Under the pieces are notes generated by a model. That model did no database searches, was not told the DNA's origin, and was given only the letters and a program-made list of their open reading frames with translations. From contig JBMORA010000001.1 in NCBI GenBank assembly GCA_049320885.1, positions 146,622-210,621 on the forward strand: a DNA stretch of 64,000 bases, in the 5' to 3' direction. This document shows positions 7,586-16,500 of the stretch, piece by piece; within the stretch, counting starts at the first letter, position 1; each line of letters starts with the position of its first letter. This stretch comes from Thermodesulfobacteriota bacterium. Its GTDB lineage: Bacteria > Desulfobacterota > Desulfobacteria > Desulfobacterales > SURF-7. The position numbers and the translations under genes are program-made.

Positions 7586-9769
7586 CTACCTCATGGAAGG
7601 CGGCAGTTGGGTGAAATCATAATATTCGTAAAGACCGGTGTGAACGGAATTGAGATAGGTCAGCAACTGCTGGTCTGTATACCCATCGACGACATAACGC
7701 TTGATGAATCCCGTTTCAGCGCCGTTTTGCGAATTCCAGTTGGTGTAGAACATCCGGCCCTGGTGGAAGGTGTCGATATAGTATTTCCCGGAAAAGCAGG
7801 TGTTGAAGAAGATCATCTTGTATTTGCAGTCTTCCGGCTGGATGTCCTTGCTGTTGGTGGCATCTATGATGGTCTTGTTGCCGTACCGGGAGTCCTCGAA
7901 ATGGGACCGGTATTCGTCCTGGTTGTCGATGCGGGAGGACTGCCGGGTGTTGGCGGGGTTGACCGCGGACAGATAATCCGCGATCATCCGGCCGCTGCCA
8001 CTGCCGGTAAGGGTCACGGTGACCGCACCCTCCACCACCGGATAGGTGCCGATGGAAGCAGTCACATAATTGCCGGCCGGTGTGTCGGCGGGTTCCCGCT
8101 GGTTCAGGGTGACGGTCCCAAGCACGGTGTTGTTCTGTTGGATGGTGTAGGTCACGGCTGTATCATTGTTCGGATCCGGGTCATAGGTGACGGAAAAATC
8201 ATAGGTGCCGGCCGGATTTCTGGTAGGATAGAATGCCAGGGTATACGTGAAGGTGTCCGCAATCGTCTGGTTGGGGGTGAAACTGTAGGTATACCCGCGG
8301 AATCCATAGAGGGTGCTGTTTTTCTGCACCGCCCAGTTGCCGCTGTATTCCACGTGGCTGAATTCCGGTTTTGAGTTGACGATGAAATAACTCGGGTTGT
8401 TCACCGGATTCGGCTTGGCGCCCGTGGGGGAATACCAAGCCGAGCCGCTGCCCTGGAAGCGCTCGAGGTATTGGCCGTTGGACGAGGCTTCCACCCGGTA
8501 GTGGGTGGGATCGCCCGGCAGGGTATAGGTCAGGTAATAATTGTAAGCCGGCAGGCGGCCCGCCGGATCATCCCAGCCATAGGGCCATTTGGCGTCGCTG
8601 CCGTCCTGATAGATGGGCGTCCAGTTGGGATAGGCCTGGCTGTAGCGGAACCCGGCGGTGGTGACATCCACCATGTCCGAGGAGCAGTTGAAGATCAGGT
8701 TGTCGTCCACATAACGCACATTCTGGAGCGCGGTGTTAAACGGCGGGAAGGTCAGGCCCAGACCGTAATTGGAATGCCCGCGGATCAGGATCACGGCGCC
8801 CTCTTCCCGGACTGCAGCCAGGAATTGTTCCTTGGTCTTCACCGGGTGGAAGAAATAGGTCACCCCGTTTTTGGGACTGGTGTAACGCCAGATCCCGTCC
8901 ACCTTGACGGCGCCGTAGCGCGACAGGCTCTGGCCGGCCACTTCCGCGAAATTGGAAATGCCGCCGTAAATTTCCACGCAGTAGATATTTTCCGACGCGG
9001 AGGTCAGTTTGATGTAGGCCTCCTTCACCATGGTATCGCTGCCGAACTCATTGGAAGCGGTCAGGCTGACGGTATAGTCACCGTCTTGGTCATACACATG
9101 GGCCGGATTCTCCTCGAAGCTGGTCTGACCGTCACCGAAATCCCAATACCATTCGGTGGCCGCGCCGCCGGTGCTCAGGTCCGTGAACTGGATCGTGGCA
9201 GGCGCACCGCCGATGGTTTTATTGGCGGAAAACTCCGCCACCGGCGGCAGGGTGTTGATCACCTCGGTGAACTTCACCGCATCGGCGCAGGTGGTATAGG
9301 TGCTGTTGGTGCCGGTTATGGTGACTGTGTATACAATACCGGCCACGAAGGAATAGGTTCCAAGGACATTCCATTGCCCGCCGTTGACGCGCTGGTTGAC
9401 CCGGACCGTGGCGGTTCCGTTGGCATGCCGGATGGCAATGGGCGCGCTGGTCACCCGGTTGGCAAACACCGTCCACCAGGCGGAGACTTCATATTCGGCT
9501 GTGGTGGGCGGAATGAAGGTATAGGTATAGGTCGCATTGTTTTTGGCATAGATGCTGTCCACACCATAGGGATCCACGCCGCTGGAAACCAGCCACGTAC
9601 CGGTATAGGACGTTTCATTGTCGCCGTTGTCGATGATGATGTCGGCCGCGGCAGAGGCGAGCCCCACCACCATAGACAGTGTTAACAGGATAAATATACT
9701 GAATATACGGGCCGGAACCGGCCTCCATCTCGCATTTTTCTTTTCCGTGATGTTTCTGAAAGTGTTCAT
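7586..9769 (-). CDS. secreted modular protein, paralog 1: 1x[golvesin/xanthan-lyase-CBM-like + PKD] plus putative clan CD cysteine-peptidase-like core (727 aa)
   Basis: Start ATG 9769 (RBS GGAG); 42-aa signal ending ASAAA; IIIDNGD..TGTW..YEVSAWW..VNQR..GGQW..ADAVKF module; PKD WDFGDG..NPAHVY..YTVSLT; core ILIRGHS...FFNTCFSG. Confidence 0.85.
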   Translation of the reverse strand: MNTFRNITEKKNARWRPVPARIFSIFILLTLSMVVGLASAAADIIIDNGDNETSYTGTWLVSSGVDPYGVDSIYAKNNATYTYTFIPPTTAEYEVSAWWTVFANRVTSAPIAIRHANGTATVRVNQRVNGGQWNVLGTYSFVAGIVYTVTITGTNSTYTTCADAVKFTEVINTLPPVAEFSANKTIGGAPATIQFTDLSTGGAATEWYWDFGDGQTSFEENPAHVYDQDGDYTVSLTASNEFGSDTMVKEAYIKLTSASENIYCVEIYGGISNFAEVAGQSLSRYGAVKVDGIWRYTSPKNGVTYFFHPVKTKEQFLAAVREEGAVILIRGHSNYGLGLTFPPFNTALQNVRYVDDNLIFNCSSDMVDVTTAGFRYSQAYPNWTPIYQDGSDAKWPYGWDDPAGRLPAYNYYLTYTLPGDPTHYRVEASSNGQYLERFQGSGSAWYSPTGAKPNPVNNPSYFIVNSKPEFSHVEYSGNWAVQKNSTLYGFRGYTYSFTPNQTIADTFTYTLAFYPTRNPAGTYDFSVTYDPDPNNDTAVTYTIQQNNTVLGTVTLNQREPADTPAGNYVTASIGTYPVVEGAVTVTLTGSGSGRMIADYLSAVNPANTRQSSRIDNQDEYRSHFEDSRYGNKTIIDATNSKDIQPEDCKYKMIFFNTCFSGKYYIDTFHQGRMFYTNWNSQNGAETGFIKRYVVDGYTDQQLLTYLNSVHTGLYEYYDFTQLPPSMR
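8978..9643 (-). repeat. 666-bp CBM-like+PKD module, single copy in paralog 1
   Basis: Aligns by eye with the five copies in paralogs 2 and 3. Confidence 0.85.
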
Positions 9770-9880
9770 AGTCTCCGTTCTCCCATTGTTATCTTGATAC
9801 AAACAAGGATCATCATGTTGCGTGAATCCGGCCCACATCCATGGGCCGCATCCTTCCTGCTTTATGTACGGCATCAGTAG

Positions 9881-9896
9881 AGCAATAGGCATGCCA
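9881..9896 (-). promoter_or_regulatory. sigma-54 -24/-12 promoter of paralog 1
   Basis: Minus strand TGGCATGCCTATTGCT (GG-N10-GC). Confidence 0.8.
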
Positions 9897-9998
9897 CCCG
9901 CCCCTGCCGGTCACAAAGAAATCCATTGTTATATTATTATGTAATTTGAAATATTTATAATATTTCAAAATCGAGCGGTTCCGACATGCAACCGGCTT

Positions 9999-10037
9999 GT
10001 GTAATTGTTTTCCTATTTATCATGTACCATTTTACCG
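9999..10037 (-). promoter_or_regulatory. putative enhancer-binding-protein site (two degenerate 16-bp direct repeats)
   Basis: GTGTAATTGTTTTCCT-N7-ATGTACCATTTTACCG, 103 bp from the promoter edge; the same motif lies at the same offset before paralog 2. Confidence 0.55.
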
Positions 10038-10189
10038 ATATGCAGCACCTTACCGACTCATTTCTGCAACCCCGTTCCGTTGCAGGGAGGCATCCCACTC
10101 ATTTTTTGCAGCACCAGGGGGTATCCAGATGCTATCGTTGGAGTTTCTTGTGGATGAATGCGGCTGGCGCGGATGGCCGGGTGGGATCG

Positions 10190-10227
10190 TGCTCCCCGTG
10201 CGCCTGACAAAGGGCGCACGGGGAACA
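10190..10227 (-). terminator. GC-rich hairpin after the stop of paralog 2
   Basis: TGCTCCCCGTGCGCC-tgacaaag-GGCGCACGGGGAACA; homologous to 7540-7576. Confidence 0.6.
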
Positions 10228-10238
10228 GGGCTGGCCTG

Positions 10239-13088
10239 CTACCTCATGGAAGGCGGCAGCTTGGTGAAATCATAGTATTCATACAGGCCCGGATGTACGG
10301 AATTGATATAGGTCAGCAATTGCTGATCCGAATATCCATCCACGACATAGCGTTTGATGAATCCCGTTTCCGCGCCGTTCTGCGAATTCCAGTTGGTATA
10401 GAACATCCGGCCCTGGTGGAAGGTGTCGATGAAATATTTCCCGGAAAAGCAGGTGTTGAAGAACATCATTTTGTACTTGCAGTCTTCCGGCTGGATGTCC
10501 TTGCTGTTGGTGGCATCCAGGATGGTCTTGTTGCCGTACCGGGAATCCTCGAAATGGGACCGGTACTCATCCTGGTTGTCGATGCGGGAGGACTGCCGGG
10601 TGTTAAGGGGATTGACCGCCATCAAATAGTCCGCGATAATCCGGCCGCTGCCGCTGCCGGTAACCGTAACAGTCACAGCCCCTTCCACCACGGGATAGGT
10701 GCCAAGGGAAACGATTACATACTTGGCTGCCGCCGTATCCGCGGGTTCCCGCTGATTCAGGGTCACGGTCCCGAGCACGGTGTTGTTCTGTTGAATGGTA
10801 TAGGTCACGGCCGTGTCATTGTTCGGATCCGGGTCATAGGTGACCCGAAAATCATAGGTTCCTGCCGGATTTCTGGGCGCATAGAATGCCAGGGTATAGG
10901 TGAAGACATCTGCTCCCGTCTGGTTGGGGGTATAGCTGTAGGTATATCCTATGAATCCATAAAGCGAGCTGTTTCTCTGGGCGGCCCAGTTGCCGCTGTA
11001 TTCCACGTGGCTGAATTCCGGTTTCGTGTTCACAATAAAATAACTCGGATTGTTCAACGGATCGGGCTTGGCACCGGTGGGGGAATACCAGGCCGGGCCG
11101 CTTCCCGCGAAGCGCTCGAGGTATTGGCCGTTGGACGAGGCTTCCACCCGGTAATGCGTCGGATCGCCTGGCAGCGTGTAGGTCAGGTAATAATTGTAGG
11201 CCGGCAGGCGGCCCGCCGGATCATCCCAGTCATAGGGCCATTTGGCGTCCGTTCCGTCTTGATAGATGGGGGTCCAGTTGGGATAGGCCTGGCTGTAGCG
11301 GAACCCGGCCGTGGTCACATCCACCATGTCCGAGGAACAGTTGAAGATCAGATTGTCGTCCACATAGCGCACATTCTGGAGCGCGGTGTTGAACGGCGGG
11401 AAGGTCAGGCCCAGACCGTAATTGGAATGCCCGCGGATCAGGATCACGGCGCCCTCCTCCCGGACCGCCGCCAGGAACTGTTCCTGGGTCTTGACCGGAT
11501 GGAAGAAATAGGTCACGCCGTTTTTGGGGCTGGTGTAGCGCCAGAGTCCGTCCACCTTGACGGCGCCGTACCGCGACAGGCTCTGGCCCACGACTTCCGC
11601 GTAGTTGGTGATGCCGCCGTAGATTTCAACACAGTAGATGTTTTCCGACGCAGAGGTCAATTTGATGTAGGCCTCCTTCACCATGGTGCCGCTGCCGAAC
11701 TCATTGGAAGCGGTCAGGCTGACGGTATAGTCACCGTCTTGGTCATACACATGGGCCGGATTTTCCTCGAAGCTGGTCTGGCCGTCGCCGAAATCCCAAT
11801 ACCATTCGGTGGCCGCGCCGCCGGTGCTCAGGTCCGTGAACTGGATCGTGGCGGGAGCGCCGCCGGAGGTTTTATTGGCGGAAAACTCCGCCACCGGCGG
11901 CAGGGTGTTGATCACCTCGGTGAACTTCACCGCATCGGCGCAGGTGGTATAGGTCGTGGAAACGCCGGTTATCGTGACTGTGTAGACCATTCCGGCTACA
12001 AAGGAAAAGGTCCCCAGGGAATTCCATTGTCCGCCGTTCAGGCGCTGGTTGACATAGACGGTTGCTGTTCCGTTTGCATGCTGGATGCGTATCGGCGCGT
12101 TTGTGACCCGGTTCGAATAGTAAGTCCACCAAGCGGACACTTCATATTCGGTAGTGGTGGGTGGAATGAAGGTATACGTATAGGCGGCATTGTTCTTGGC
12201 ATAAACGCTGTCGACGCCGTAGGGATCCACCGCAGTGGAAACCAGCCAGGTTCCGGTGAAGGAAGTGCCATTGTCCCCATTGTCGATGATGACTTCACCC
12301 GGATCTCCGCCGGTTCCGGCGCTGATGGTGATGTAGGCCGTCTTGACAGCCGTATCGCTGCCGAATTCATTGGCGGCGGTGAGGGTCACGGTGTACACGC
12401 CTTCCTGCTCATATACATGGGCCGGATTCTGTTCGGTACTGGTCTGGCCGTCGCCGAAATCCCACAGCCAATCCGCAGGAATACCGCCCGTGCTCCGGTC
12501 GCTGAACTGGATGGTGGAAGGAACCCCGCCGGTGGTCCTGTCCGCTGAAAAATCGGCTGCCGGCGGTAGCGTATTGATGATTTCGGTGAATTTCACCGCA
12601 TCCGCGCAGGTGGTGTAGGTGCTGTTGGTGCCGGTGATGGTGACCGTGTACACAACCCCGGCGACAAAGGAGAAGGTCCCCAGGGAATTCCATTGCCCGC
12701 CGTTCAGACGCTGGTTGACATAGACGGTTGTTGTTCCGCTGGCGTGCTGGATGCGGATCGGCGCGCTGGAAACCCGGTTCGAAAAATAGGTCCACCAGGC
12801 AGACACCTCGTATTCCGAAGTGGTCGGCGCCGTGAAGCTATAGGTATAGGTTGCGTTGTTTTTACAGTAGATGCTGTCCACGCCATAGGGGTTGACACCG
12901 CTCGATACCAGCCAGGTTCCGGTTGCGGAAGTCCCGCTGTCGCCGTTGTCAATGATCACATCGGCTGATGAACTGGCGGCTCCGAACACCAGCGAAAGGG
13001 ACAGCATGATCACAACCGGTAAAAAATAGGCGTGCAGCTGCCTTGGCCTCATTTTTTTCTTTTGCAAATTATTCTTGAATGAATTCAT
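10239..13088 (-). CDS. secreted modular protein, paralog 2: 2x[CBM-like + PKD] plus the same core (949 aa)
   Basis: Start ATG 13088 (RBS GGAGG, 6-nt spacing); 42-aa signal; two modules joined by AGTGGDPGE; exactly 666 bp longer than paralog 1. Confidence 0.85.
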   Translation of the reverse strand: MNSFKNNLQKKKMRPRQLHAYFLPVVIMLSLSLVFGAASSSADVIIDNGDSGTSATGTWLVSSGVNPYGVDSIYCKNNATYTYSFTAPTTSEYEVSAWWTYFSNRVSSAPIRIQHASGTTTVYVNQRLNGGQWNSLGTFSFVAGVVYTVTITGTNSTYTTCADAVKFTEIINTLPPAADFSADRTTGGVPSTIQFSDRSTGGIPADWLWDFGDGQTSTEQNPAHVYEQEGVYTVTLTAANEFGSDTAVKTAYITISAGTGGDPGEVIIDNGDNGTSFTGTWLVSTAVDPYGVDSVYAKNNAAYTYTFIPPTTTEYEVSAWWTYYSNRVTNAPIRIQHANGTATVYVNQRLNGGQWNSLGTFSFVAGMVYTVTITGVSTTYTTCADAVKFTEVINTLPPVAEFSANKTSGGAPATIQFTDLSTGGAATEWYWDFGDGQTSFEENPAHVYDQDGDYTVSLTASNEFGSGTMVKEAYIKLTSASENIYCVEIYGGITNYAEVVGQSLSRYGAVKVDGLWRYTSPKNGVTYFFHPVKTQEQFLAAVREEGAVILIRGHSNYGLGLTFPPFNTALQNVRYVDDNLIFNCSSDMVDVTTAGFRYSQAYPNWTPIYQDGTDAKWPYDWDDPAGRLPAYNYYLTYTLPGDPTHYRVEASSNGQYLERFAGSGPAWYSPTGAKPDPLNNPSYFIVNTKPEFSHVEYSGNWAAQRNSSLYGFIGYTYSYTPNQTGADVFTYTLAFYAPRNPAGTYDFRVTYDPDPNNDTAVTYTIQQNNTVLGTVTLNQREPADTAAAKYVIVSLGTYPVVEGAVTVTVTGSGSGRIIADYLMAVNPLNTRQSSRIDNQDEYRSHFEDSRYGNKTILDATNSKDIQPEDCKYKMMFFNTCFSGKYFIDTFHQGRMFYTNWNSQNGAETGFIKRYVVDGYSDQQLLTYINSVHPGLYEYYDFTKLPPSMR
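11631..12962 (-). repeat. two tandem 666-bp CBM-like+PKD modules
   Basis: Matching landmarks at 12026 and 12692 are 666 bp apart. Confidence 0.9.
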
Positions 13089-13204
13089 ATTCATCCTCCG
13101 ATGGTTGTTGTCCCGCTTGGAAACAAGAATGCGCCATATTTTATGAATCCACCTGTCATCCATGTGGCGCGAACTTCCTAATTTTTCCTGTATGAACGTT
13201 TTAA

Positions 13205-13220
13205 CGCAATAGACATGCCA
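13205..13220 (-). promoter_or_regulatory. sigma-54 -24/-12 promoter of paralog 2
   Basis: Minus strand TGGCATGTCTATTGCG. Confidence 0.8.
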
Positions 13221-13322
13221 GCCCCGATACCAAAAAATGACGGGAAAATCAATTTTAATTTCTATTTTATTCAAACGAGTTATAAAATATTGCCGTCCAG
13301 CCGCGCTGGCCCGGAAAGAACT

Positions 13323-13361
13323 ATGCAATATTTTTCCTATTTATTGTGAAAAAATATACCG
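13323..13361 (-). promoter_or_regulatory. putative enhancer-binding-protein site
   Basis: ATGCAATATTTTTCCT-N7-GTGAAAAAATATACCG, 103 bp from the promoter edge as in paralog 1. Confidence 0.55.
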
Positions 13362-13448
13362 AAATAGCACCGGTCCGTTATAGTCCAAATTCTGATTGAT
13401 CTCTATCGGCTTTTTTCAGATGGGAGCAGTCGCGGATGACAGGGAGGG

Positions 13449-13493
13449 TTCCGGTTTCCAGTGCATCCATCAAGGACGAACCGGAAACCGGGA
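13449..13493 (-). terminator. hairpin after the stop of paralog 3
   Basis: TTCCGGTTTCC...GGAAACCGGGA inverted repeat; not homologous to the other two hairpins. Confidence 0.45.
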
Positions 13494-13501
13494 ATGGCCC
13501 G

Positions 13502-16500
13502 CTACCGCATGGAAGGCGGCAGTTTGGTGAAATCATAGTATTCATACAGGCCCGGATGAACGGAATTCACATAGTCCAGCAACTGCTGATCCGAATATCC
13601 ATCCACCACATAGCGTTTGATGAATCCCATTTCAGCACCGTTTTCCGAATTCCAGTTGGTATAGAACATCCGTCCCTGATGGAAGCTGTCGATGAAATAT
13701 TTCCCGGAAAAACAGGTATTGAAAAACATCATTTTGTATTTACAGTCTTCCGGACGGATGTCCTGGCAATTGGTGGTGTCCAGGATGGTCTTGTTGCCGT
13801 ACCGGGAGTCCTCGAAATGGGACCGGTATTCGTCATTGTTGTCGACCGCGAAGAACTGCCAGGGGATGGCCGGATTGAATGCCGCCAGACCATCCGCGAT
13901 CATCCAGCCGCTGCCGCTGCCGGTCAGGGTAACGGTGACCGCGCCTTCCGCCACGGAAAAGGTTCCAAGAGAGGCGAGCACATAACTCCCGGCCGGTGTG
14001 CCGGCGGGTTCCTGCTGGTTCAAGGTCACGGTGCCGAGCACGGTATTGTTCTGTTGAATGGTGTAGGTCACGGCCGGGTCATTGGTCGGCTCCGGATCAT
14101 AAGTGACTTTGAAGTCGTAGGTACCGGCTGGATTTCTGGGTGCGTAAAACGTCAGGGTATAGGTAAACGTATCGGCGATTGTCTGGTTGGGAGTGTAGCT
14201 GAAGGTATATCCCGCGATCCCATAAAGGGTGGCGTCTTTCTGCACCGCCCAGTTGCCGCTGTGCTCCACGTGGCTGTATTCCGGTCTGGTATTGGCGATG
14301 AAAACCTCCGGATTGCTCACCGGATCGGGCTTGGCGCCCGTGGGGGAATACCAGGCCGGACCGCTGCCGGCGAAACGCTCAAGGTATTTTCCGGTGGAGG
14401 AGGATTCCACCCGGTAGTGGGTGGGATCGCCCGGCAGGGTGTAGGTCAGATAATAATTGTAGGCCGGCGTGCGGCCCGCCGGATCATCCCAGGCATAGGG
14501 CCAAATGGCGTCCGTGCCGTCCTGGTAGATGGGCGTCCAGTTGGGATAGGCCTGGCTGTACCGCAGACCGGCCGTGCTGACGTCCACCATGTGGGAGGAA
14601 CAGTTGAAAATCAGGTTGTCGTCCACATAACGCACATTCTGGAGCGCGGTGTTAAACGGCGGGAAGGTCAGGCCCAACCCGTAATTGGAATGCCCGCGGA
14701 TCAGGATCACGGCACCCTCCTCCCGGACCGCGGCCAGGAACTGTTCCTGGGTCGTGACCGGATGCAGAAAATAGGTCACGCCGGTATTGGGATTGGTATA
14801 GCGCCAGATGCCGTCCACCTTGACGGCTCCGTACCGCGACAGGCTCTGGCCGGCGACTTCCGCATAATCGGTGATGCCGCCGTAAATTTCCACACAGTAG
14901 ATATTTTCCGACGCGGAGGTCAGCTTGATATAGGCCGCCTTCACCATGGTGTCGCTGCCGAATTCATTGGCAGCGGTCAGGCTCACGGTATACTCGCCCT
15001 CCTGCTCATACACATGGGCCGGATTCTGCTCGGTGCTGGTCTGGCCGTCGCCGAAATCCCACAGCCATTCGGTGGCGTTACCGCCGGAGCTCAGATCCGT
15101 GAACTGGATGGTGGCGGGTGCGCCGCCGATGGTCTTGTTCGCTGAGAAATCAGCTGCCGGTGGGAGCGTGTTGATGATTTCGGTGAATTTCACCGCATCG
15201 GCGCAGGTGGTATAGGTGCTGTTGGCACCGGTGATGGTGACCGTGTACACAACCCCGGCGACAAAGGAGAAGGTCCCCAGGGAATTCCATTGCCCGCCGT
15301 TCAGACGCTGGTTGACATAGACGGTTGCAGTTCCGCCGGCATGCTGGATGCGGATCGGTGCGTTGGTGACCCGGTTCGAAAAGTAGGTCCACCAGGCGGA
15401 AACTTCATATTCAGCCGTGGTGGATGGAATGAAGGTATATGTATAGGCGGCATTGTTCTTGGCATAAACGCTGTCGACGCCGTAGGGATCCACTGCAGTG
15501 GAAACCAGCCAGGTGCCGGTGAAGGAGGTGCCATTGTCCCCGTTGTCGATGATGACTTCTCCCGGGTCTCCGCCCGTTCCGGCGGTAATGGTGATATAGG
15601 CCGTCTTGACAGCCGTATCGTTGCCGAATCCATTGGTGGCGGTGAGGGAGACGGTGTACACGCCTTCCTGCTCATATACATGGGCCGGATTCTGTTCGGT
15701 GCTGGTCTGGCCGTCGCCGAAATCCCACAGCCATTCGGTGGGGATACCGCCCTCACTTTGATCGGTGAACTGGATGGTGGCAGGAGCGACACCGGTGGTT
15801 CTGTCCGCTGAGAAATCGGCTGCCGGTGGGAGCGTGTTGATGATTTCGGTGAATTTCACCGCATCGGCGCAGGTGGTGTACGTGCTGTTGGCGCCAGTGA
15901 TGGTGACCGTGTAGGTTATTCCGGCGACAAAGGAGAATGTCCCCAGGGAATTCCATTGGCCGCCGTTCAGGCGCTGGTTGACATAGACGGTTGTTGTTCC
16001 GCTGGCATGCTGGATGCGGATCGGAGCGCTGGAAACTCGGTTCGAAAAATAGGTCCACCAGGCAGATACCTCATATTCGGACGTTTTCGGCGCCGTGAAA
16101 CTGTAGGTATAAGCGGCATTGTTCTTGGCATAAACGCTGTCAACACCGTAGGGATCCAGCGCGGTGGAAACCAGCCAGGTTCCGGTTGCGGAAGTTCCAT
16201 AATCCCCGTTGTCGATGATGATTTCCCCCGGGTCGCCGCCTGTTCCGGCGGTAATGGTGATGTAGGCCGTCTTGACAGCCATATCGCTGCCGTATTCATT
16301 GGCGGCGGTGAGGGTGACGGTGTACACGCCCTCCTGCTCATACACGTGCGATGGATTCTGCCCGGTGCTGGTCTGGCCGTCGCCGAAATCCCACAGCCAA
16401 TCCGTGGGAATACCGCCCGTGCTCCGGTCGCTGAACTGGATGGTGGCCGGAACCATGCCGGTGGTCCTGTCCGCTGAAAAATCGGCTGCCGGCGGGAGCG

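Noticed and set aside
7481..15145. Long plus-strand ORFs (7481-8374, 8471-9685, 10158-12548, 13436-15145)
   Set aside because: Antisense shadows of the three paralogs; they break at different places in each copy and show no recognisable motifs
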